Below, in pieces: positions 25,631 to 38,519 of a stretch of DNA of 64,000 nucleotides (positions within the stretch are counted from its first letter, which is position 1; every line of letters begins with the position of its first letter). Origin of the DNA: Octopus bimaculoides (taxonomy: Eukaryota); NCBI RefSeq assembly GCF_001194135.2, contig NC_068987.1, forward strand, positions 16,134,301-16,198,300, written 5' to 3'. Position numbers and translations under genes: made by a program. Below the pieces are notes generated by a model. That model was not told the origin of the DNA. It saw only the letters and a program-made list of their open reading frames with translations, and ran no database searches.

Positions 25631-27059
25631 CACAAGGTGTCCATATATCACCTTTACAATTTGAAACATTCAGCGAAAAATAGGTTCACTGTGATCCTGT
25701 AGGTAAACGTCTTCTACTTCAGCCCTGCGCTGACCAAAAATTTGTCAGCAGATATGGTTGATGGAAACTGAAAGAAGCTTGTTCTTCATTTGAATTCCTT
25801 CCCTGTTCTGCTGCAGGCTTCACTTTTGTACACTATATTTAGGTCATCAAATGTCCATTTTATATATAAACCTTGCAGTTCCATGCAGTGGAACTGAACC
25901 TGGAATCATGGTTGGGAAATGTATATATTTATGTGTCTGTGTTTTCCCCCTACTATTGCTTGACAACGATGTTGGTGTGTTTACATCCCTGTAACTTAGC
26001 AGTTCAGCAAAAGAGAATCAATAAGTTCAGGTATCGACTTCTTCGACTAAAAATTCTTTAAGGCATTGCTCCAGCATGGTCATAGTCAAATGACTGAAAC
26101 AAGTATAAAAAAAAGAAAATTAAATGATGTCTGAACAAAGGTATGCACAAATATACACACACATACCTGCACACACACATTGGGCTTCTCTGGGTTTCCT
26201 TGCACCTTCCTAATTCACTCAGAAGGCTTTGGTTAGCAGGAGACACTGGCCTAAGGTGCTGCACAGTAGGATTGAACCCAAGGCCACATGGTTGGGCAGC
26301 AAGCTTCATAACCATATGACTATGCCTGCATCTATAAATTTAGTAATTATTTGTCTCTTATGATTAATCACACATCTGAGTGTAGAGTTAGCAAATAATT
26401 TGAATGTCAGAAAAACCATGTCTACAATGGCTCTAATAAAATTTGAATCCTTGACCATTCGCCACTAGTCAATCTGTCTCAGACATTACTTAGATTGATA
26501 AGACATCAGTCTACTAGAAGTTAGCAGTTATTATGTCCATGTACTCCATCCCTTTTTCCTAGCTCAAGTACTGTCAGATGTATGTATATATATGTGTATG
26601 CAATTTTAACGTTATTAATTAGTTTTGCTTTCTCTCTCTAACACTTCAAAGTGCCTCTATTGTGAACTACCAATTCTATTCAGAGCAAATATGCTTGAAT
26701 TGAATAAGGTCAAGTGTTATATCAGTACACATACTGTAGAGTATCACATGTGTAATATAGTGACTCTGTCCGTCTGTCTCTCTCTCCGCTATATTGTTTA
26801 CATCAGTATAGCTTTAAATTGACTCATAGACTTCCTGTCAGTAAGAATTTATTAAAAGTTCACCTGCTTCTATCACTTCTCGTCTTCTGCCTCCTCCCCC
26901 TCCTCGTCGAAATTAGAAGCATTTTTAATATTTAATTGTCTGTGTTAGATCACTAGCTCTCGTTTTTGTAGGCTTACATCTTCACCAATCTCGCACATAG
27001 ATACACACACACTTATACATACATGCATCCATACACAAGTGCACACACGCCCACAGAAT

Positions 27060-27385
27060 CATCATCAACGCCACCATTCTTTTTTAACATCCATTTTTTT
27101 CCATGTGTGTATGAGTCATCGGGATATTAGTTGAGGCAGATTTTTTTCACACCTTGATGCCTACCCTGTCGCCCACCCGTAACTGCTTTCCAAGGGAAAG
27201 GGAAAGGCAAAGACCAATACAGCTTGGCACCAGTGATGCCACAACTCATTTCTACAGCTAAGCGAACTGGAGCAATGTGAAACAAAGTGTCTTGCTCAAG
27301 AACACAACACACAGCCCAGTGTGGAAAATTGAACTAACTACTTCATGATTGTGAACCTGATGCTGTAACCACTGAGCCATGTACC
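27060..27385 (-). mobile_element. tRNA-headed SINE with RTE-like 3' tail
   Basis: Minus-strand head gaaggtacatggctcagtggttacag; tgtgttgtgttcttgagcaagacacttt core; tail with gttgaggcagatttt and (ATC)n. Confidence 0.7.
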
Positions 27386-27874
27386 TTCACACACACACTC
27401 TCACACACACACACAGACACACACACACACACACACACACACATTAATTAATAAAAAACGAAGTTAAAAGGAATTATTAAATTCAGGCAGACATCTAGGA
27501 AGCACTCTCTGTTGAGCAAACTTGGTTAACTATCTCAAATGGACACCGATAAATTCAAATAACATTAACTTCCAAGGTAATTCTATGTGTGTAAACCATT
27601 CCTTGTGATTAGTTGGGATGAAGACTTTTTGATAACAATAAGCAACTGCTGATAGCATAGAACAAATAAAGACTGAGATTTATTACTAGTTTTGACAACT
27701 ATTGGTTAATAAACATTATCTATGTCACAAGAGGTGGTTTCTCCTGTGTTATATGCAAATTAGTGGACTAAGCTTTTTTTGATAGCATGGGAACCCCCCC
27801 CCCCAACATTACCATATGATGTCATAGCATAAATTAGCCTCCATCTCCCTTGCGATATGACCTGATACTTGAAG

Positions 27875-28090
27875 GCTGTGAGCTGGCAGAATTGTTAGCA
27901 TGCTGGGCGAAATTCTTAGTGGTATTTCTTCTGGTTCTTTACATTCTGAATTCAGATGTTGCCAAGATTGACTTTGTCTTTCATCCCTTTCCCAGGTTCA
28001 TAAAACCAGTACCAGTTGAGCACTGGGGATGATGTACTCAACTTAACCTCTCTCTGGAACTTGCTGGCCTTGTGCCAAATTTGAAACCAA
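27875..28090 (+). mobile_element. SINE family B
   Basis: gtgagctggcagaattgttagc..ttcagatgttgccaagattgactttgtctttcatccc..ttgctggccttgtgccaaatttgaaacc. Confidence 0.85.
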
Positions 28091-28099
28091 TGTGACTCT

Positions 28100-28390
28100 G
28101 TACTTGGTTCACTTTCTTCCATGTCTTTTTCTTTCTCCTTTCCCTTTTTCTCTCTGTTTCTTTTTCTTTCCTTTTTCTGTTTTGTCATCATTCCTTTTTG
28201 TCTTTCTTCTCTCCTTTCCTTTTCTTTCTTCCCTTCCTTCCTTTTCTTTTTTCTCTTTCTTGCTTCCCCCCCTCCTCTCATCTTCCTGTCTTTATACCTT
28301 TCTCCCCACTTCACTTTCCTTTTTCTTTCTACCCTTCTCTTTTTCCTATTCACTTTCCTTCTCCCTCTCTCTTTACCCCCCCCCTCCCTC
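28100..28390. repeat. Polypyrimidine (CT-rich) low-complexity tract
   Basis: Almost only C and T for about 290 bp. Confidence 0.9.
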
Positions 28391-29689
28391 TCAAAATAGA
28401 ACTGTGCCGATGACTTGAGGTCATGCAATATAAATGTTATCCCCATTGTTAAACATCGTTGGTTGGGTTTATGTTTGTTGTAGTCATCATTAACTCTCTG
28501 TCCTGTGTGATAACATCATAACAATTTGCTGGAGTTGTGATTGCTGTTCAGGTGGTGGGTGTCTAGATGAAGTATGTGTGTGTGTGGTGGGGGAATTAGT
28601 TGTAAATTAGTCCAGTAACTTCATTGTGTTGACTCTCTGATTAATTAAGTTTTCACCACCGAAAATGAAATGTTTACTTTTTGTTAATTACAAATGAAGC
28701 TGTGTGTGTGTGTGTGCCTGATTCTGTGTTTTAATTCCACGCTGTTTACAATTGTTGACACTGTCTGTGTCTGTAGCGTGGCTACCAGTTGTGTTTAATT
28801 TTGCTATTCTTAAATTTAAAGAGTAACAAAATTATAAAGTGTTAATTCCAGCCTCCTCCTCCTTCTTGTCTTCCTCTCTTGAAAGCAATGAATCGTCAGG
28901 TTGTTAGATGCTCTGCTGCTAGAAATAGTGACCATATCATTCTCAAATTACCTTAAATAATAATAATAAAAAAAGATTAATTTTTTTGTTGTTTTACAAC
29001 ATTGATTGGCTGGAAAATTTTAAAACTATATTTCATCATTTAATATCCACTTTACCATGCATGGGTTAGACAGAATTTGTTGAAGCAGATTTTTTGTGAT
29101 CAGATGCCCTTCCTGTCTCTAACCTTTCCTAGTTCCAAGCAAGGTTAATATTTTCCAATAGTATAATACAACCTTACTTGTATTGAGATGGTACTCATTT
29201 AATGACTGTGTGGTTAGAGGCTCACAGAGGCCCTAAGCACTTAAAAGATTTAACAACAGGGTTAAATATCTCTGAAATAACATTTCACTTCCTTCAGAGA
29301 AAAGGACATGTTTGAGAATATGGTTCTAGATTATATATTCTGTCCTCACATTAAAGACAGGATGTCCATGGCTTGGGTGTCTTTGATGGTAGATTGTGAT
29401 ATGGGCTGATGTGAAGCTAAACATTTGTTGGTTCCAATTGAATTTTAGATTCAACTCTACATGGCTGACAGTCGGTTTTCCATCAATCACTGCGGAATGT
29501 TGCCATTTTGAGATCCTTCTAATAAAGTAAATAGTCATCATTGGCATCATCATCATTGTTGTTTTAATGTCTACTTTTCCATGCTTGCATTGATTGGATG
29601 GAATTCATTGAAGATTTTCCATGGCTAGCTGCCCTTCATGTTGGCAATCCTCACTTGTTTCCAAGCAAGGTAATATTTCTCCTTACACA

Positions 29690-29900
29690 AAGGTGGCGGG
29701 CTGGCAGAAATGTTAGCGCACCGGGTGAAATGCTTGGTAGAATTTGAACTCAGAATGTAAAGACAGACAAAATACCACTAAGGTTGATTTTTTGTCTTTC
29801 ATCCTTTCGTGGTCAATAAATTGAGTACCAGTTGCATACTGGGATCAATCTAATTGACTGCCCCCTCCCCCCAAATTTCAGGCCTTGTGCCAAGTGTAGA
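29690..29900 (+). mobile_element. SINE family B
   Basis: ggtggcgggctggcagaaatgttagc head; tttcatcctttcgtggtcaataaa core; ggccttgtgcc tail. Confidence 0.8.
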
Positions 29901-30033
29901 AAAGAATATTTTTCCTTCCACAGACATATTTTGCATGGAAAATTGGAAACTTTTTTTATATATTTGGTGGTGATGCTTGTTTACAACTGTTGTGCAATGT
30001 TCATGTGGGGAGACACAACTACGCGCGCGCGCG

Positions 30034-30088
<55 letters not shown>

Positions 30089-31352
30089 ATATCCTCAATA
30101 TCATTTAACATCTGTTCTCCAGGCTGGCATGGGTTGAATGGTTTGACAAGAGCTGGCAAGCCAGAGGGCTATGCCAAGTTCTATTTATTTTGGCATGGGT
30201 AATTTCTATTGTTGGATACCCTTCCTAACTCACCCACACATATCTTTACACATATTTCTTTCGCCTTTCATCTATCATATCCACTCACAGGGCTTTGGTT
30301 GACTCAGTGCTATACTAGAGGATATTTGCTCAAGATGCTCAGCTGTGGGACTGAGCCCCATTACCTTGTGATTGTGAAGCAAACTTTTTAATTATTCATC
30401 CATGCTGCATCCATACAATAGCAGTACATATATTTCCAGTATATCTTTATATCAAGAATTTATTCTTTGTATTTCATTTCTTTATGTTAGACTTATGTTA
30501 TAACCCCAAGTAATTCGTAATTCTTTGTTGAGCACTTTCTGTGAGTTATACGTTGCATAGATGAGATTTACTCCTTTCAATTCTTGCGGACCTTATGGCC
30601 CCCATAGCTAAACAACAACTGTCATTTCCACCTTCATTACATCTATTGTTGTTGTTTGGTTTCAAGTTGTTGCTGATCGAGCAGATCTATATAAAGACGC
30701 TCCAGCTGTGACCAACACATCTTATTTTTTTTTTATTTACTTACATCATGTTAAAAACAAAATTTAAAATGAAAAATTCAATAACCTACATATTGCATAC
30801 AACACTTCTCAGTCTGTCCCACAACAGATATCCTACATTTAGCCTAATGTGTTTAATAGCTAAATTTGTCTCTTTTTCTATTTTTAAGACGTTAATATAT
30901 GATTTGAGGGAAATTTGGCTGACATTGCTAACAAGTTGAGTGACTACATAGAGCAACCATTCTCAACAGTTGTATTTTTGGGGAGTGGGGTGGGGTCTAT
31001 GGCTCCCTCACACACACACACGAAATGGGTATGAGTGTGTGGACAAACCAAAGAAAAGGGCACTTAACACATTTATTAGAAGTCACATGTATTTGATTTG
31101 GTTCCATGCTACTTCACATTTTGCAGGCTCCTGTTAGGGGCATTCAAAACTTGAAGTAACAGGGAATTGAATCAAACTGTTTTAAATAATATATATGATG
31201 TGTGTGTGTGTGTGTCTGTGTGTGTGTGTGTATATACATGCATATATATATGACAAGAAATAATTTTTGTTTCTTTGTATGGAAACAAAAAAAGATATAT
31301 AGGACTGTAAAAAAGAAGTGTTCAAGTGAAATTGAGATATACACAGAATAAT

Positions 31353-32342
31353 CATTGATTAGAGAACAAACAACAAATTTGGGCCGTCTTTTATATAACC
31401 CAACGCTTCTATACATTTCATCACATACAAATAATACCATGGCCTTCAACATCTAAAAGAAATACATATACAAGCACAGAAGGTAGTGGGTGTAACCAGC
31501 CCACTTATGAATACCCCTCATTCATTGGACAATAAATTTTGCTTGTGAAGACCTATTGAGGCAAGTGAAATCAAAATCGCTGACGTGGCCAATGACAGTA
31601 CTGCTTGATTGGAACTTGTACCAGTGGAACGTTAAAAGCACATCCTAGTGTGATCGTTGCCAGGGCCACAGATTGGCTCCTGTGCCGGTGACATGTGAAA
31701 AGCACCATTAGAGTGTGATTGTTGCCAGCATTGCCTTACTGGCACATGTGCCAGTGGTATGTGAAAAACAACATTTGAGTGTGGTCATTGCCAGTGCCGC
31801 TGGACTGGCTCCTGTGTAGGTAGCACGTAAAAATACCTTTTCAGTGTGGTCATTGCCAGAACCGCCTGACTGGCCCTCGTGCTGGTGGCGCGTAAAAGCA
31901 CCCACTACACTTGGAGTGGTTGGTGTTAGGAAGGGCATCCAGCTGTAGAAACTTTGCCAGATCAGATTGAAGCTTGGTGCAGCCTCTGGCTCACCAGTTC
32001 TCAGTCAAACTGTCCAACCCATGCCAGGATGGAAAGCTGGCGTTAAACGATGATGATGATGAATTGACTAAAAATAGGTAATCAAAATGAATTACTAGTA
32101 ATTTTAGTAATTCATTTTGCTCACCTATTTTTAGATGATTTGTATATACTTTTTCTTGACAGCCCCTTCTATATTTTTTGTATTTTTATATGTGCATATA
32201 TTTTTTTTACCTTCTATGCTTGTATATGTATTTCTTTTATATGTTGAAGGCCATGGTATTATTTGTATGCGATGAAATGTATAGAAGCGTGGAATTATAT
32301 AAAGTCGTTGGCCCGAATTTGATGTTTGTTCTCTAATCACTG
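31353..32342. mobile_element. Foldback MITE (~133-bp arms) interrupted by an RTE 3' UTR
   Basis: Arm 31353-31485 is the reverse complement of 32208-32342 (e.g. aataataccatggccttcaacat / atgttgaaggccatggtattatt). Confidence 0.8.
31486..32062 (+). mobile_element. RTE LINE 3' UTR with ~55-60 bp internal tandem repeats and (GAT)n tail
   Basis: Homologous to 9530-9725 (linked to an RTE ORF), 41672-41940 and 44890-45175; ends aaacgatgatgatgatga. Confidence 0.8.
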
Positions 32343-32821
32343 CTATATATATATATATACACACACATATACATATACACCTGTGTGTGTGTCTGTATGT
32401 ATGTGCATATGTACCTGTCATACAAGTGGTGTTTTTCATTTCTAATCTTCTATGAGAGTATGCCCTGCCTTTGGGGAAAATTGCCTTGCTTTGAAACAGG
32501 TGAGGGTTAGTGACAGCAAGGGCATCCCGCCATGCAAAATCTGCCTGAATAAACTCCATCCGACCCATGCAAGCATGGAAAAGTAGATGTTAAAACGATG
32601 ACAATGATATTGCCAATGTTTTACAATCTGGTTCAGTTTCACTGAGACCGATGTCAAAGGTCTCTTGATGTTTGTTTATTTTATTTGACTTTTTTTTTTG
32701 TTGTAACATGATCGTGTTACTCTGTGTGTATGTGTGTGTGAACATGTATTTGCATGTGTGTAATTAGTTATCTTTGTTTGTGATTATGTACTTGTAATTG
32801 TGTGTGGTTGTGATTGTGTAC

Positions 32822-32855
<34 letters not shown>

Positions 32856-33924
32856 TCATCGTCGTTTAGCGTCCGCCTTCCATGCTAGCATGGGTTGAAC
32901 TTCTAGCATGGGTTATGTGTGATAATGTGTGTGTGTATGTATATACGTGTGATAATGTGTGTGTGTGTATGTATATACGTGTGTGTGTGTACACTACTTG
33001 CTACATTTTGAAGTTTCTATGTCTTTACATCCCAGGTCATAACGACCCTCTAACAATAAGGTCACACTGACCTCTGTTGTATTAAGGGAAGCGGGGGGGG
33101 GGCTCATTACTGCCTGTTAACTGTGATACTTCTCTCTCTTCCTTGCTATTAGACCCCCCCCCCCNNNNNNNNNNNNNNNNNNNNNNNNNNNNNNNNNNNN
33201 NNNNNNNNNNNCCCCCCCCCCCATCCCCTGATGCTTTCTCCTTCTTTTGCTCCGAACCCTTTCCCGAAAAGGAAACCTCTGTTATGCCTGCATATGAAGT
33301 TATTAAATAAAGTATATTGTTCATGTGAAGAAAAAAAATCATATATTACATTTATGACAATGCCTCGGGGAGTGTAATTAATAGATGGGAGTAGTGCAGA
33401 AGCCTATTGTGTGCGTGTGCGTGTGCGTGTGCGTGCGTGCGTGTGCGCGTGCGTGCGTGCGTGCGTGTTAATCTCTCACCACTTGATAACCTGGGTTGGT
33501 TTGTTTCTGCCCATGCACACACACACATATATTAAAAGTAATTGAGTCGATGACTGGACATAGACTCAAATACGTTACTGCTCTCTGCTTTAGAGTGTGT
33601 TTCTTTTTCGGATATATGATACATTGACGATATACAGGGTTTGCCAAAAGTCACCCGACAGTAAATCAAAGCTCCATAAATACCTAATATTCAATTTTAT
33701 TTATTCCTTCCATTCATGAATGTTTAACAGTTGAATGCTGTGAGTTAAAATCTCTGTCTTTAATATTTGTCTATTTATTAGCAAAATCTCATAAAATAAT
33801 TTTTTGTTTTAATCTTGGAATTAAATGGTTTTGAGGACAGCCATATATATATATATATATATATGTTGGTTGCTGTTATGTTGATACATATTATTGATGT
33901 TATGTTATATTTATCTTTTGTGAA

Positions 33925-34135
33925 GGCGCATGCCTCAGTGGTTAGGGTATTCGGCTCACGGTCGTAAGGTCAGGAGTTCAATCCCTGGCAACATGTGTCC
34001 TTGAACAGGACACTTTATTTCATGTTGCTCCAGTCCACTCAGCTGCCAAAATGATTAGTACTTGTATTTCAAAAGGGCCAGCCTTCTCACATTGTGTGTC
34101 ACGTTGAATCTCCCTGAGAACTATGTTAAGGGTAC
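33925..34135 (+). mobile_element. tRNA-derived SINE related to family C, 3' truncated
   Basis: Head ggcgcatgcctcagtggttagggtattcggctcac; 3' part aaagggccagccttctcacattgtgtgtcacgttgaatctccctgagaactatgttaagggtac shared with 62663-63053. Confidence 0.75.
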
Positions 34136-34587
34136 TTTTTGCTGAACTGGTAAGTTGTGGGGAATACACACACACAAACTGCAGGCTTTTTTTAGTTTCT
34201 GTCAACCGAATCCACTCACAGCACTTTGGTCAGCTTGAAGCGATAGTGAACGACCCTTACCCAAGGTATCGCATATCAGCAATGATCCCGGGACCATGCA
34301 GTTGGGAAGTAAACTTCTTACTACACAGCCACATGATTTATGTTCTTAAATAAATGTGTATGTACATATGCGTATGTATGTGTGTGTATATGTGTGTATG
34401 CATGTGCATATATTGCTGGCACTCCATTGATTATGATGATGAGGGTATTTGTATGTGTATGCACGTGTGTGTGTGCGTGTGCGTGTGTGCGTGCGTGCGC
34501 GTGCGTGTGCGCGTGCGCGTGTGTGCGTGTGTGCGTGCGTGCGTGCGTGTGCGCGGCAAGCATCTCCAACTAGCAGGCCATTGCTAC

Positions 34588-34630
34588 TCCAGACTGATTA
34601 CGGGCAAAGACTCAGAAACATGTCTCTGGA
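34588..34630 (+). ncRNA. Type I hammerhead ribozyme motif, copy 1 (G8->U, weak stem II)
   Basis: tccaga-CTGATTA-cgggcaaagactca-GAAA-catgTC|tctgga; 6-bp stem I; palindromic stem III ACATGT. Confidence 0.6.
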
Positions 34631-34930
34631 TACAGGCTTAGCTAAGTGGGGATGCTTGTCTCCCACTTGTAAACAAGGACACAGGTGTCAAGGCTGACAG
34701 GAAGCGGTGCTGCTTCCTAGGGCTAAATAACAGTAGCATTATTTCCTTCATGGGACTGTCACATTAAATTGACAGCATACAACTACTTTGTCGCATCACT
34801 GCTGCATAAATCTCTCTGAGAAATTTAGAAATGTATTATTTCTATTTTTGAAATCAGTGAATGTGTTTCACTAGAATTATTATGTTTATGAGAGCTTGAC
34901 AGGCATCTGCAACTAGCAGGCCATTGCTAC

Positions 34931-34973
34931 TCCAGACTGATGACAAGCATAGACTCAGAAAAATGTCTCTGGA
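34931..34973 (+). ncRNA. Type I hammerhead ribozyme motif, copy 2 (C15.2->A, weak stem II)
   Basis: tccaga-CTGATGA-caagcatagactca-GAAA-aatgTC|tctgga. Confidence 0.6.
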
Positions 34974-35894
34974 TGCAGGCTTAGCTAAGTGGGGATGCTT
35001 GTCTCCCCCTTGCAAACATAAAGACACAGGAAATGTGTCAAGGCTGACAGGAAGTGGTGCTGCTTCCTAGAGCTAAATAGCAGTAGTATTATTCCCATCA
35101 TGGGACTGTCACATTAAGTTGACAGCATACTACTTTATATATANNNNNNNNNNNNNNNNNNNNNNNNNNNNNNNNNNNNNNNNNNNNNNNNNNNNNNNNN
35201 NNNNNNNNNNNNNNNNNNNNNNNNTATATATATATATATTTATATAAAATCTACTGTGACTCTCTCATTCCCAGGATACCATAGAAATTCACATTGATTT
35301 GTCTATCACATTCCTCACAGTCTACTCCACAAAATTATAACTACAAGAACAGTCTCGTCCTTCCTATTTTCCATTTCTCTCTTCTTCCTGGCAATACAAT
35401 TTGTCAAGATTTTCAGTGAAACCCCTATGACTTCTAATTGTAAGTGAATTCGTGTATGTAGTGTGCACGCATGTGTGTGTGTAGGTGGTTGAATAAAGTT
35501 GCATAGTGTATCGTTGTGTTTACAGGTGTGAGGGTTGTGCGGTGTCTGTGTTGTGGAGGTATGATCTCTGTTCAGTTTCACTAAATTTCTTCATGCTAGT
35601 TAGATAGACAAACAAACAACATATGTATAAGGGTGAGATTGTGTATCAAATTAGTTAATGTCAGTGCCATACTAATGTTGTACTGTAGAATGATATATAA
35701 GATGCAGGATAGCAGGTGGTGGAATTGGTTAGCAGCCAAATTAAACACATGTGGTATTGAGTTAAATCTTGAGGTCAATTTCTGCTAGGGGTTGACTTCC
35801 CTTTCATCCCGGTAGGGTACAGTCATACACTTGGAGCTGATTCAATTGAAAATATCTCTCTGGGTCTGTACTGAAACTCTTCTCTTCCTGTCAG

Positions 35895-35968
35895 GTGTCA
35901 AATTCCTACACTGCCGCTATCAATGATGGCGTGAGGATGAGTAGATCTGAAGAGGGATTGCAGACATG
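35895..35968 (+). CDS. Candidate 74-nt exon of an unidentified gene (open frame VSNSYTAAINDGVRMSRSEEGLQT); could instead be a UTR exon
   Basis: Acceptor ctcttctcttcctgtcAG with upstream ctgaa branch-like motif; donor catg|GTGAGT; only one frame open; non-repetitive sequence. Confidence 0.5.
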
Positions 35969-36977
35969 GTGAGTAGATGTGTACTGTATACAAGATGTAA
36001 GACAGAAGGGAACTTCAGTTAGATTCCTTACAGATATGGAAGAAGGGTACAAATTATTTTGGGTAAATAACAGCCCTTAGATTGTGATGGAGTATCCATA
36101 TTGTTGGCTGAGAAATCATTGTTGTCCTCTTCTTCATCCTTAATATTATCATCATAATTGCTCTAATGTCCATTTCCCATGCTTGTGTTAATCAGATCAA
36201 ATTTGTTGAAACAGATTTTTGTATGGCTGAATGCTCTTCCTATTGTTAACCCTCGTCTATTTTCAAGTAAGATAGTATTTCTTCTTGTCTTTGAATGAGA
36301 CAGCAAAATGGTCGGACATGTTTGTTTGGCAGATTGCAAATGAAGGACTCCCTCTTGTATGATAGTGATATTTATTTACAGTTACCATGCGATATCAATG
36401 CATGATAATTTTTACTAAGCAGAAGATTATCTGATGACAGCTAGTAAGTCAAAACTTCAAAGTCACTGTTAAGTTTCCTTGTAAAAATTCATAAATATGT
36501 ACTTTACTAAAAATGCATTGAATGATCCTCTAATTAAATGTTAAATTGTTTTTATTCATAACTGTCTTATAAAAATAAACTGTTGATATATATCCATGAT
36601 GTTCTGGTGATCTGCTGATTTAGCTTTCTGTATTTGCATTGATCTGTGAGTATACAATCATATTGTATAATGCTGAGCACAGATATTAATACAAACATGT
36701 ATGCATAATTTCCTGCATAATGAAATTAATGCTACATAAGGAAGAGTGCAAAATAGCCGTAACTTTATGAAAAATAAATGTATATTCACCTCTCATACTT
36801 TCTAAATTTGTTTTTATATACTCCTCACAACAATTTTATTACTTGAATTTTCTTATTTTCTGAATGATCAGTGACCTGGGTACTTTACATTACACTACTT
36901 TGTAATTTATTACCATGTGGACTGATAGCCGGGGTCCGTACAAGGGGATTTTCTGTGCTATCTACATAATTATGTAA

Positions 36978-37040
<63 letters not shown>

Positions 37041-37528
37041 GATGTATGTGTAAGCAGAACATTCACCCCTAAATTATCTCTTATAAAAGACAACTTGCCT
37101 TGGGTCCTTAGCTGGTTTATTATGTTAGTAAATCTGCTTAACTTCACTTAAAGTATCATTTGAGGCGGCTAGTGAACTTGGAGACAGAAAGAAAACATGT
37201 CATTTGATAAGTTATGTGAAAGATGGGTAAAAGCAGCCCTGAATTTAGTGAGGAGAAAAGTGCTAACCCTTCAGTTTGCCTGGAGGCTGCTGATATGAAG
37301 AGAAAGCTTGTACATGGAGTAGGTCATTGTAGGTGACAAATATCTGGCTTTTGACTTAAAGAATGCATGTTATGTATTTTGTTAAATCTGAATAGGTATA
37401 TGTATGTATATGCATGTATATATGTATATGTCTGTATGTATATATGTATGTCTATATATGTGTGTATATGTCTATGTACATGTATATTTTAAAATATATA
37501 CATGTATGTATATGTGTGTGTGTGTGTG

Positions 37529-37576
<48 letters not shown>

Positions 37577-37596
37577 TGTATATATAGATACACACA

Positions 37597-37823
37597 CGAG
37601 GTAAGGTAGGGGGGGGGGACTGAAAAGTTCCTGGCTTTAAGAGTATTGCAAAAGGCTTGGTTGGAGGCCCAACTTTCTGATCCCTTTTACAGGGCTTAGA
37701 AAAACTGAGGGACTACTGCAGTAAGTGTATGAATCTCAGAGGGAAATATGTTGAATGATGTCATAATTAACTGATCCTCCTGTATTTTCTTTTACCCAAA
37801 CCCAGGAACTTTTCAGCACCTTA

Positions 37824-37825
<2 letters not shown>
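37597..37825 (+). mobile_element. Mariner internal-deletion MITE
   Basis: TIRs ctgaaaagttcctgg / ccaggaacttttcag; homologous to 43552-43768. Confidence 0.8.
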
Positions 37826-37860
<35 letters not shown>

Positions 37861-38301
37861 ATATATAAGTTTGAAAATGGAGATTCAATTTTATAATATA
37901 TTTTTTGAAGAAATATCTCTTCAAAATATTAAACCAGGATATCTTTGATAAGACTATCTCTCTAAGCGGTTTAAATATCCCCATAATGTATATACATATA
38001 TAATGTATGGATGGNNNNNNNNNNNNNNNNNNNNNNNNNNNNNNNNNNNNNNNNNNNNNNNNNNNNNNNNNNNNNNNNNNNNNNNNNNNNNNNNNNNNNN
38101 NNNNNNNNNNNNNNNNNNNNNNNNNNNNNNNNNNNNNNNNNNNNNNNNNNNNNNNNNNNNNNNNNNNNNNNNNNNNNNNNNNNNNNNNNNNNNNNNNNNN
38201 NNNNNNNNNNNNNNNNNNNNNNNNNNNNNNNNNNNNNNNNNNNNNNNNNNNNNNNNNNNNNNNNNNNNNNNNNNNNNNNNNNNNNNNNNNNNNNNNNNNN
38301 N

Positions 38302-38342
<41 letters not shown>

Positions 38343-38519
38343 CATAGGTTATATATTGTATTTTAGGCTTCATTTGCAATTTGTGATGTTTTTCCACTCC
38401 AAAACTGTTTATTATTGTAGGTTAATGGTTTGTTTTCATGCTTTCTTGAAGCAAAGTAGTCACCACTATTCCCATAATAGCGGGTTAGAGTGTTTGGCAA
38501 TAAGCCTTGTGGTAATTAC

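Larger units (their letters stand above)
34560..35136 (+). repeat. 343-bp tandem repeat (about 1.7 units), one hammerhead motif per unit; retrozyme-like
   Basis: Unit 1 34560-34902, unit 2 34903-35136; HHR cores at 34594 and 34937. Confidence 0.85.

Noticed and set aside
33146-33226. Poly-C tract as a G-quadruplex element
   Set aside because: Interrupted by an assembly gap; true length and sequence unknown
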